A stretch of 64,000 bases of DNA from Marsupella aquatica (Eukaryota; Plantae; Marchantiophyta): contig OZ316896.1 of assembly GCA_973895155.1 (NCBI GenBank), positions 12,628,549-12,692,548 on the forward strand, read 5' to 3'. The stretch's first letter is position 1; every line of letters starts with the position of its first letter. The translations under genes and the position numbers were made by a program. The notes under the pieces were generated by a model. The model was not told where the DNA came from. It ran no database searches and saw nothing but the letters and a program-made list of their open reading frames with translations. Shown here one piece after another: positions 1 through 10,376 of the stretch.

Positions 1-3000
1 GGGGCCGGTGCCATCGTCGCCAGCAAGCACAATCCCAGCCTCAGCCCCCTATTGACCCGGTTAGCTCTGCCCCTCCCTCCTTGGAGGCTCCCGAGCAGGC
101 ATGGAGTTGGGTTCGCACTCTAGACCCCCTTCCAGCCTACCATCCAGGGTACATTAGACCTCGTCTTTATAACCACATTCCTCTAGCGCTGCGCCCTATA
201 GTTCGGTCCTCCTTGTTGCAACTCATGCAGCTTATCTTGGCGCATCCTATGGAGGTCTCCTATTGGTCTTTACTGATGCTTTTCCACAGTGGACTCTTAC
301 CCTCCCTAGTCATGGTGGTCGTGTGGGTCACCGTGAGACTGCCTCTCGTATCCATCGTTTTTTGCGGGGAGATTGGGAGCAGCTTCAGGAAGAGTACTTT
401 CTTCGCGCCCGGTCTTTTACCGCCCGTGCTTTGTCTGACCCAGCTCGCCACTCTCATCCCCCTGAGCATAGACGTCTTCGTCGCTCTTGTCGTTTAGCCC
501 AGGCTGGTGAATATCGTCGGGCTGTCCAGGCCCTTTCTCCCACCACACCAGCCCCCCCTGGCGAGGTCACCTCGTTGGCCCTTCAGGATCTCCATCCGCA
601 GCCCCATGATCAGCTCCCTTTGTTTGTCGAGGATTTTGAGCCTGAGGAGGATCTTCAGTTTAGTAGGGACCACTTCACCTATGCCTTCCTCCATGCCCCG
701 CGTTGTTCTGCTGGTGGCCCCTCCGGCTATGTCTTTGAGCATTTTCGTGATTTATTCCCCCCTGAGGATCCTCAGTTTGGTTTTCCAGTTTTCTTCTCCT
801 TTTGCCAGTGTATTGCAGCCGGTCGTTTGCCTCCTCCCGTCTCTCGGCTCTTGAGCGCTTCTCGTTTATTGGCCATGGCTAAGTCTTCACCGGGTGTTCG
901 GCCTGTTCGGCCAATTGCTATTGGGGAGGTTTTTCTTCGTCTTCTGTCTCGCACACTTTCCTCACAGTTTCGCTCTGCACTATCGGATCATCTCTCTCCA
1001 CATCAGTTTGCAGTTGGTGTTCCTGGCGGTTGTGAGACGGTTATTGCGGGTATTCGAGCTACATTGGACCTCCACCCTGATTGGGTTGTCCTCCAGGTTG
1101 ATGTCTCTAACGCTTTTAATACGGTTTCTCAGGCAGCCATTTTTCGTGCTTTGAGGGCGGCGGATCCAGACATCCAGTCCCTGATCCCCTTTGTCTGTTG
1201 TTTTTATGGACTCGAGGCCCCACTCTTCTATAGTCATCACTCCTCTACAGGTGTGTATACCACTCTTTCCTCTGCAGAAGGTACACGTCAGGGTGACCCT
1301 TTGGGTGGGCCTCTTTTTGCCATTGCCCATTTTACAGCTTTACGGGAAGCTGCCATGGCCCACCCCCAGTGTATCTTCCCCTCCCTTTCAGATGACACCC
1401 ACATCATTGGTCCTCCTGCCGCGGTTACTTCTGCCCTCGCCACTCTTTCCACCCATTTGATGGGCCTCGGTTTACGAGTTCAGCCTGTGAAGAGTCGTGC
1501 ATGGAGTCCAGCTGGGTTACCCTCTGCTCTTGTGCTTCCCCCAGGGTTCTTACGTCCAGCCGATGGTCTTCGGGTCCTTGGCTCCCCAGTCGGTACCGCC
1601 TCCTTTTGCTCATCTTTCATCGCTGACTCTATACAGGCTGCCTTAGCCCATACTCCTATGCTCCCTAAGTTAGCAGATTCTCAGGTAGCATTTGGGATGT
1701 TGTTGAGGTGCATCCACCCTCGTTAGTCTTATCTGGCTAGGGCGCATCCCCCTACCGAGGATCTTTGTCTCCACCTTCGAGCATTTGATGTCTCCATTCG
1801 TCAGACCCTGGCCTCTCTTTTAGGTCCGGGTACGTTGCTCTCATCTCCGTGGCTTCATCGACAACTCAGTCTTCCTATTTTGCAGGGTGGTTTTGGGCTT
1901 ACTTCCATTGAGAGCCTTGCACCTTTGGCCTTTTTGGGTGCATGGGCGGCCGCCTTCTCGTTGTTGGCCGATCGTTTTCTTATTGAGGATCGCCCTTTTT
2001 TACTTTCATCTCTCATGGAGGTAGAGGAGGGTTCCCTCCCGTTTCAGGTTCATTTGCGCGCAGCGCGGTCCTCATTACCAGATCCCGTTCGCGCCGCGTT
2101 ACCTTCTTTCCAGGAGTTTTTATCCTTGGATCCCGTTCGTCTTCAGGCAGACCTCGCTGGGTGTATGCACACTTTCACCCTTTCCAGCATCCTCTCCGAG
2201 GCACCTGACACGGACCGAGCTCGGATTCTTTCTTCCGGAGGGAAGGGCGCAGGTGGATGGCTTCAGGCCAATCCAGTCATTCCTCATTTGCGGATGTCTT
2301 CAACGGAGTTCTCCACAGCCATGCGTCTTCGTCTGGGGCTGCCCCACCCACTTCTTGCAGGTTTACCTCCTTCTTGCACTTGTGGGAAGCCTTGTGATGC
2401 CACAGGTGTCCATCTTCTTCGGTGCAGTTTGGGAGGTGAAACCATTATTGTTCACGACGCTGTGCAAGATGCGACTGCTCAGGTTCTCTCTGGCTCTTTG
2501 GTATGCGTGCGGCGGGAGGTGGTACTCGCGTTACCTGGTCCTCCATCACAGCGGTTACGGGTGGATCTTACCATGGTCCGTGAGGGTCAACGTACTTTGG
2601 CAGATGTTGTGGTGGCAAACCCATTGCGCCAAGACATCATTGGGACAGCGGCAACTACGGCAGGGGCAGCAGCGTCACGTGCGGCAACAACGAAGGAAGC
2701 CAAATATGTTGCACGAGCTTCATCCGATAGCTTCCTCCCCCTTGCTGTGGAGCTATTTGGGCGTCTTCATCCTCAGTTTGATGGGCTTCTTCGGCAAGCT
2801 GCCCGGGATGTTCATGGCCAAATGGGTCCCACCGGACCCCCGCTTTCTATTTTGACCACGCACTTTCGCCAACGCATTTCAGTCACCTTACAGCGTGCTC
2901 AAGCTCGGGCCATCTATCGTCGATCTCTTACAGTGGGTGCTAGTGTGCCTCCGCAGCGGCTAGCTCCCCTTGAGGATGTTCCAATCCCACTTGCCGATCT

Positions 3001-3263
3001 AGTTTTGACTCTTGATGTGGACCATTAGCTTTTTGCCACAATCGGTAGGAATGATGAGGACCTCGGTCCGCTTGGGTTAGTTTTAGTCTCTCTCTCTTTC
3101 TTGGTTTTTAGGGGTTCCCTATTGTTCATTTCTTACTTTTAGTTCCTCTTTCTTGGTGTTTAGTGGTTCCCTTTTGCTCACTTCTTTTTCGATTGGTTTT
3201 GTCCACTTGGGCCCTCTTTTGTTTGTTCATTTGTACTCTGTTTGGTCCCTTTGTATATAAAAA
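1..3263 (+). mobile_element. CRE-like non-LTR retrotransposon (RT + CCHC knuckle + restriction-like endonuclease), 5' end outside window, decayed by one frameshift and one stop
   Basis: ORF 263-1726 has RT motifs VRPIAIGEVFLRL, QVDVSNAFNTV, QGDPLGG and LSDD. The same frame continues past a TAG at 1724-1726 into ORF 1835-3028, which has LSLPILQGGFGL, CTCGKPCDATGVHLLRC, VHDAV, RVDL..ADV, KEAKY and FLPLAVELFG (RLE-type C-terminus). The upstream frame (ORF 81-497) joins through an apparent 1-bp deletion near 285 (LMLF/PQW). A T-rich 3' tail ends near TGTATATAAAAA (~3263); this end is approximate. Confidence 0.85.
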
Positions 3264-3591
3264 GTGTGTATATTTATTCATGTTCTTCAACATCATTTCT
3301 TTCACTCGTGGTGGTAGAGCCTTTGGTTTCATCTCTAAGAAAACACATACTGTGAAAGGAGATTGCCAAAATAAGTTCAAAACACTCTAGAATACCTAAA
3401 ACTAAAGGGGTCTAAAAATTAATTAAAAATGTATAGAATACAAAGGCTGCCCATTCATAAGACAGATTGAAATGAAAATACATGACACAAAAATCTGAAT
3501 AAGACAAAATCTGAAATGTGCATTCACCATATAGCAGCTTCAAAAATTATGTTGCCACTCGCAGTAGTTTAGGGTTGTCTTGCTGTAGGCT

Positions 3592-3679
3592 ACCCTTTCT
3601 TTTGCTGCCCTAAACTAAACTCCTGGCATCATAGGGGACCCTCTCTTTTGCGGCCCTAAACTAAACTCCTAGCATCATA
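3592..3679. repeat. Short tandem duplication (~46-bp unit x2)
   Basis: CCCT(T/C)TCTTTTGC..CCCTAAACTAAACTCCT(G/A)GCATCATA occurs twice in tandem. Confidence 0.7.
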
Positions 3680-5559
3680 TCAAAGACTGAGAATTTCATG
3701 TGGGAGCCCCTCCAGATGTACCCTGAAGGCAATTAAAGTGGAGATGCAAGGGCATTAAGGTCACACTACCTGGGAAATCTGAATAAAACAAAATCACTTC
3801 AGAGTCTGACCCAGGTCAGACCCTCTGATACACAGCAGCAACAATTTTGGGAGAATTGAGGGACACAAAAGAAAGTACCACCTACATTCACGACAGCCCC
3901 AGTGCTGCAAAATTGGCGGGCGGCACAGAGCATACTCACGCAACACCTATAATGCAGAATATATTAAACTTGCCCAGAGAATGCTACGTGCAGCATCACA
4001 GTTGGTGAGCACAGACGATGTCCTTTAGTGCACACTTTCGAATCTGGGATATATCCAGCAATTCGCATAAATCGTTGTGGACCATTGATGGCTGGACCAT
4101 GGCTGGACGGACGGTCCAGAGAGAGACAGCTTAGATCACTTTTTAAAATTCTTCTGGACCCGCAAACGAAAACGTTTGACGTCCGTTTTGCTTGTAATTG
4201 TTTTTTATTTCTCCGTTCGAAAATAAAATATACGTGCAGTCTGATTTTGCCTGGCTACCCCAAATGTGCAGAATCATATAATGAGAATAATAAACATTCA
4301 ATCCAATATAGATAAGAAACTACATTAAATACTCTCCACTCAAATTCTAACAAATTGAAAAGTTTTTCTGCTGATGGTGGTTTACGACTGTAATAAATAG
4401 TTTTATTTTATAGGACATAAAACGTTATCTAAGAATGATTGTTTCCACCAGCAGTAGGTGGAGTTTGTCCCCCTTTTTCAATTAGGAGATTGCACCGTGA
4501 CTTGCCTGTGTGTCTAGAACATACTGTTGCTCGAGTTTCCAGCAAACCGTAGAAGAAGAACTTTCACCAAAATTTATAAAACAGGGAAAAACGAAAGTAC
4601 AATGAAGGGAAAGAAAAAGAGGGCCAAAGAGAATAAACTCCCAACAAGAAAAAAGAAAAGCGAGTATAACCCTATAAAAGGAAAACGAGAAACTTTGTGA
4701 TTGATGTCGTCAAAATGGCTCTGAAGCCTCCAAACCAACCAAATTGATCTGGCGTAATTTGTTTCACAAGTGTGTTACAAATCCTTACAAAGTGTTCTAC
4801 ATATCCCTTCCCTTGTTTAAAATTGGTGCTCAAAGGGATGAGTAACCCTGCAAACTGAGATGAACCTAAGAACTTTTGAGATACAAAAGTGTGACCATTT
4901 ACACCAAGGAAAGAGATTACTTGAGTCTAAAATAATGTTCAAAAGTGATATACCTAGGTTGCGGTTGCCATCTGAGTTATTTGTCAAACGTTGTGGTCGA
5001 TTCTGGTTTTTTGCTTTTAAATTTGATAACAGTATTTGCCTCTCTTTACGGTCTCTTCTTAGTCTCAGGTGTCATAAATTATGTGTCGCAGTGAGCCTCA
5101 CGCAAGAGGCGATTTGAATGGATACACGGAAAGAAAACATATTGGCCATTCATCTCCGAAATCGAGGGTCATTCTTGAAGATTCTTAGAATCTATATATT
5201 TTTCATAAAAGTATCGTATTAATTGTTTATGGAGGGATGGTAGTTTGACTGCGGTCCCCCGCAGGTGGCTTCCCGGTCCCTTCCTAGGCGCCAGGCGTTC
5301 TCCAGGTGGCCCCAATCCTCCACTAAGTGATCCCTTCCAATAAAGTACATCTTTCCGATCCTGGGTGCCAGCCAACTTTCTAAAAGCTTGCTTGTCCTTG
5401 TGCACAGCCGTCTTTCGAATATCTTTCCGGCCGATTTCGTGAGGCATCTTTCCTCCGACATCATTTCGGTCCTTGTGTACTACGTTGTCTTTCCATTATC
5501 AAACTTGAAGCCATCTTTCTCAATTTCTTTCCAAGATCTGCCTTGTCCTCCAATATTTC

Positions 5560-6640
5560 TTGCTGATCCGTACCCTGAGACATCTTTCCATCTTTGCATC
5601 TTTGCATTAATCCCACTTTCCAACATCCAACTGCGGTCCTTGGGCTAAGTTAACTTTCCAATATTTCGTCCCCGTCAAGGCATATTTCCCCACATCTTTT
5701 GGTCCTATCCTTGCATTAAACCCACTTTCCAACATCTTGATCTGCCTGGTCCTTGTGTTGAGAGGGCTTTCCAATAGTTCTGGTCCTTGTCCAAATCCAT
5801 CTTGCCCATATGTTGTGTCCCCCCATCCTTGAGTTAAGCCCAATTTTCACCATCTTTATCTGCCTGGTTCCTGTGCTATGACAGCTTTCCAATATTCGTT
5901 GTGGTCCTGGTCTAAAGCCATCTTTCCCACACCTTTTGGTGTATCCTTCTGTTAAGCCCATTTTCCAACATCTTTATCTCCTTGGTTCGTGTTCAAAGAC
6001 AACTTTCCATATAGCAGCTCGAAAATTTCTTGTGGTCCTTGTCCAAAGCCGTATTTCCAACATTTTCCTGTCATCCTGCATTAAGCCCACTTCCAACATC
6101 GTCATCTGCCTGCTCCTTGTGCAAGACAAATTTCCAATATGCTTTGCGGTCCTGGTTGAAAGCCATCTTTCACACATCTTCCTTTCCCGTCCTTGAATTA
6201 AGCCTACTTTTCCAACATCTTTATCTGGAAGGCTGTTGTGCGAAGACAAGCTTCCAGTATGCTTTGAGGTCCTGGTCCAACGCTATCTGTCCCACATTTC
6301 AGTCCCACCCTTGTATTAAGCCCAATTTCCAGTATCTTGATCTGCCTGGTTCTTGTTCTAAGACAACTTTCCAATTCTGTCCTGGTTGAAAGCCATCTTT
6401 CTGACATCCTTCTGTCCCATCCTTCCATTACGCCCACTTTCCAACAGCTTTATCTGCCTGCTTCTTGTTCCAAGACAACTTTCCAATATTCTTTGTGGTC
6501 CATGTCCAAAGCCATCTTTCTGTCCCATGGATTAAGCCCACTTTCCAATATCTTCATCTGCCTAGTTCTTGTCATAAGACAAATCCCAATATTCTTTCTC
6601 GTCCTTATCTAAAGCTGGCTTTCCAGCATGTCTTGTGCTT
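5560..6640. repeat. Degenerate ~118-bp tandem minisatellite (~9 units)
   Basis: The anchor TTAA(G/A/T)CCC-ACTTTCCAACATC recurs at about 5607, 5716, 5834, 5952, 6081, 6199, 6317, 6428 and 6532. Each unit also carries ATCTGCCTGGT(C/T)CTTGT, AAGACAACTTTCCAATA and AAAGCCATCTTTC. Confidence 0.85.
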
Positions 6641-6674
6641 AGCCCTACATCCAAAATCAGGCAAGTCTCTCAGG

Positions 6675-8095
6675 TAAAGCCATCTTTCCAAATCTTTTCG
6701 AGCTCTTCTGTCATCCTTTTGTGCTCTTTTTCCTTTTGTGCTCGTTTTCCCTTCTCTTTCCTTTGTGGCTTTCATCAGCTTTCTCTTTCCTCCCCTGTCG
6801 TGTCTTTCTGATGGCAAAGAGGCCAAATGGAAAGCTGCTCTAAGGCATGTATTTCATTGGCCCTCAAGTAGGGTCGACGAGTTTTACTCTTATATGTCCA
6901 AAATCCCTGCCAAAATCCACAGGACACATCACAGCAGGTTTGGGTTTTAAGGCGACCTCAACTTCGACTGGAGTTGATGGCCCAGCAGCCCATCCCCTAT
7001 CCTTTCTTCATTTTGAGAGGGTAAGGGCTTGCTTGCAGGCTGATGAGCTCACAACGGTCCTCACATTGAGCCATCTTTCCTACTTCTTTCTTTTGTTACT
7101 GTGCTTCCCTCTTTTTGCTTCTCTTTCCATTGTGGCTTTCATCCACTGTCTTCCTCTTTCCATCCCTATCTTGTCTCTCTGGTGGCAATGCAGGCAAATG
7201 GAACCCTTCCTTAAAAATCATCTTTCCACGCTCACAGTCCTCGTTGTTTGCCATCTTTCCGAAATCTTTGGGAGCCCTTTCCTTCATTGTTCTGTTTGGC
7301 TGCCCTCATTTTTGTTTTTATCCTTTGTAGATTTAGTCCGCTTCAATTCTCTTCCTCCCCTATCTTGTCTTTCTGATGGCAAAGATAGAAAACGGAAACC
7401 CACTCTTAAAACCATCTTTCCAAGCTCACAGCAGTACTTGTGGGGTGCCATCTTTCCAAGCCTTTTCCCTCACTGTTTTGTAAGCTGTCCTCCTTTTGGT
7501 TTCTCTTTCCTTTGTATCTTTCATCCTCTTCTGTTCTCTATGTGTTCACTTGCTTTCTCGTTTGTCCTCTATTTTGTCTTTCTGGCTCGCTTTCTGGTGG
7601 CAAAGAGGGCAAATGGAAAGCTGCTCTAAAAACCATATTTCCAACATGTTTCCAAACCAATTCCATCCTTGCTCTGTCCTGCTCCCCTCTTTTTCGTTTC
7701 TCTTTCCTTTATATATTCATGCCTTTCTCTTCCCCCATTTTGTATTTCATCCGCTTTCTGTTTCCTCCCCTATCTTGTCTTTCTGTTTTGAAAGAGGGCA
7801 ACAGGAAAGCTGCTCTAAAAACCATCTTTCCAATATCATTCCAAGCCATTTCCATGATGTTCTGTCCTGCTACTCTCTTTTTAGTTCCTGATCCTTTGTA
7901 TCTTCTCTTTCCTCCACTATCTTGTCTTTCTGGTGGGCATATGGAAATCTGCCCTAAAAACCCTGGTTCCAAAAGCCTTTGTCCTCCTCCATCTTTCCAC
8001 CATATTTCCGAGCCCTTTCCGTCATGGTTCTCTCTCTTTTGAGTTCCTCTCCCAGTTCCTCTGTGGCTTTCATCTGCTCCCTTTTTCCCTCCTCC
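6675..8095. repeat. Pyrimidine-rich degenerate tandem repeat (~190-240-bp units)
   Basis: The block TTCCTCCCCTATCTTGTCTTTCTG(G/A)TGGCAAAGAGGGCAAATGGAAAGCTGCTCTAAAAACCATCTTTCC recurs at about 6790, 7165, 7352, 7590, 7762 and 7910. Confidence 0.75.
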
Positions 8096-8327
8096 AACCA
8101 ATTTTTTTGGGCAAAAATTAAGTCAATCATTTACCTACAAAACAGGCTAATGATACTCAGGCTGAAAATTTAAAAAATTCTGTTTGATTTGCTACCACCT
8201 CATGCACTAGGGGGGTGTTAGCCATGGAATACTCTAGAAAGTAATCAGAAAGTATTGTAAAATTGAAATAAACTAGGCCAGTGACCAAAGAAGTTTGGTC
8301 ACAAAAGCTGAACCATTACAAATACAC

Positions 8328-8670
8328 TCTCTTTAGTATTATACATTGTATTTTTCAAAATCATATACCCAGAATCATATGTGGAGAAATAGTATGGGCA
8401 GCAAAAAGATTTGGAGGCATTTTCGGGTCCCCTCTCTTTAGTATCATACACTATATTTTTCAGAATCATATGTGGAGAAATAGTATGCGCAGCAAAACGA
8501 TTTGGAGGTATTTTCGGGCCCCCACCACAAAGCTGAAAGGTCAGCCAACTCAGCCAATACACTATATTTTTCAGAATCATATGTGGAGAAATAGTATGCG
8601 CAGCAAAACGATTTGGAGGTATTTTCGGGCCCCCACCACAAAGCTGAAAGGTCAGCCAACTCAGCCAATA
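8328..8670. repeat. 111-bp tandem duplication (2 identical copies plus one diverged upstream copy)
   Basis: 8447-8557 is identical to 8558-8668 (TACACTATATTTTTCAGAATCATATGTGGAG...CAACTCAGCCAA). A diverged copy lies at ~8330-8446. Confidence 0.9.
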
Positions 8671-8984
8671 AAATCTCCATAACCAGGAACCAGAGCTGTG
8701 CCTGTTTGTCTGTAGGGTAAAATAGTGGCCCACCTTGGCTACTGTTTGAAAACAAGAAAAAAAATGGCTACCCTCCCCTTGCTTGTCTTTCTCGCTCCTC
8801 CGTCTTTCATCCTCCTCCGTCTTTCATCCTCCCCTCTCTTGTCTTTTTCTCGCTCCTCTGTCTGCCTGCCCTCTTGCCAGCCAGCCAGCCTTTCCGCCCA
8901 GCGCGGCCCCGCCGAAGTATGGACAGCGGCAGAGGAGAGGAAACCCTTGCAGCGAAGACGAGCAAGGGCGGAAAGGTGGCGGGG

Positions 8985-9078
8985 GCCGAGAGAACAGGCG
9001 ATAGAGGGAGAGCAACAGAGGAGAGAGAGGGCGAGAGAGAGGGCGAGAGAGGGCGAGAGAGAGAGAGAGGAAGGAGGC
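8985..9078 (+). promoter_or_regulatory. GA-rich/GAGA tract in the importin-beta promoter/5' leader
   Basis: (GA)n/GAGAGGGC repeats lie upstream of a putative 5'UTR intron (GTGAGT donor at 9375, TAG acceptor ending 10351). GAGA tracts are common at plant transcription starts. Function is inferred. Confidence 0.4.
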
Positions 9079-10376
9079 GAATGCTTTCAGAGGCGAGCAT
9101 TCGCTGCGGCGAAACATGTTGGATCCTGCTGCTCCCGCCCATTGGAATTGATTCATAGAACAGTAGCACTGGCAGTAGTGTAGTTTACTAGTGTAGCAGT
9201 CTCTCGTTCCTTCCATTCACACACGCAGACAAGACATTCGGAGAGCCTGAAAGACAGACAAAGAGAGAGGGAGACGGTGGAGGATCCAGAGGGAGGCGGG
9301 CAACTGAAGCAGGAGGACGAGTTTAGGGGTCGATTCCGGAGATAGGTCGAAGAATCGTGTGGCTTCTGATCTTTGTGAGTCTTTCTCTTACATGCTTTGT
9401 TTGCTTTGTTTGCTTGCTTGCTTGCTCTCTCGGGTACTGTAGGTGGATGGACGGATAGAAGGATGGATGGTTTTGGGGATGATGGTCTTGTGCTTTTTGT
9501 TCTCGAGGCTGGAGCCGGGTGAGAAGGGTTCGAGGTGTCGGAACGATGGAAAGAGTGAAGTTAGGTTTTGTATCTTAGGTCGGGTTGGTGTGGCCGTGGA
9601 CGTTTTTTAGTCGGGGCATGCATGGGATTTGATTTTTGTGAGGGGATGGTGTTTGGGGTGAACGTGTAAACGCCTCATAGAAAAGTGAAGGAACTAGTTG
9701 AGGGATTGATTGACTGAACGGTAGACGACGTTGCATCTTTGTCGCTGTTATGGTCGTTATCTATTCGGAAGAGAAGAGAGGAGATTTTTCGCGTGGGCGT
9801 GGATACTGAGTCCTGGTTAAGTCCGGGGGGTGCCGGGGCGGGGAGAGGGGGGGCTTGTCGACGAGTCGAGGTTTCTCGTCGAGGTTGTTTTGAGAAGTAG
9901 GAGGGATCGAGGTAGATCTGATCAAAAGTATCGCTTGGGACTCATGTTTGTCGAGCTTGGAATCAACTTGCGCTAACTCTAGATGTGGCATTGCTTATGA
10001 CTTTATAGGTTTTAAGCGGCGTCCTCGTTTGAGAGACACATTTCGGGCTTTGATTGATCCATAGGAGTTGCGGCGGTGCGTTATTGTGGATTTCAGCAAG
10101 GATCATTCTACGTCGGATTGTTTTCGTTCGCGGAGAGGGACTCCGCTTAGGTGAATCCCTTCACGGTCCAGCCGCAGTCGAGGGTTCTACTCACCTCTTC
10201 GCCGGGATGAGTGGAGAGAAGCAGGGTGCCTAATGAGAAGTCTACCAAGACGGTTTTTGAATTGGAGATAAAGCTGGAAGGTTCAGTAGTCTAGTTTGGC
10301 CTGCCGCGTCTCTCAGCACCATCCTACTGGTTCTGGAATTGCTTTGCATAGAGGACGACTGGATACTGTGACGATC

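Noticed and set aside
1724-1726. Programmed stop-codon readthrough between the RT and RLE ORFs
   Set aside because: The same copy also carries a frameshift near 285, so simple mutational decay is the more parsimonious explanation.
5560-8095. CRISPR-like or RT-associated array downstream of the reverse transcriptase
   Set aside because: The context is eukaryotic with no cas genes. Units are degenerate along their whole length rather than identical repeats with unique spacers, and nothing but proximity links the array to the retrotransposon.
6847-8101. Long ORFs (260 aa, 200 aa) in the pyrimidine-rich region
   Set aside because: The F/L/S/P-rich translations follow the repeat units and show no recognisable domain, so they are compositional artefacts.
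8725-9216. Overlapping ORFs on both strands in the GA/CT-rich region
   Set aside because: This is low-complexity promoter/leader sequence, and the translations are R/E or S/L runs.
10296-10376. N-terminal extension of importin beta from the ORF-track TTG start
   Set aside because: The conserved start is the ATG at 10377. The upstream sequence likely spans the 5'UTR intron acceptor.
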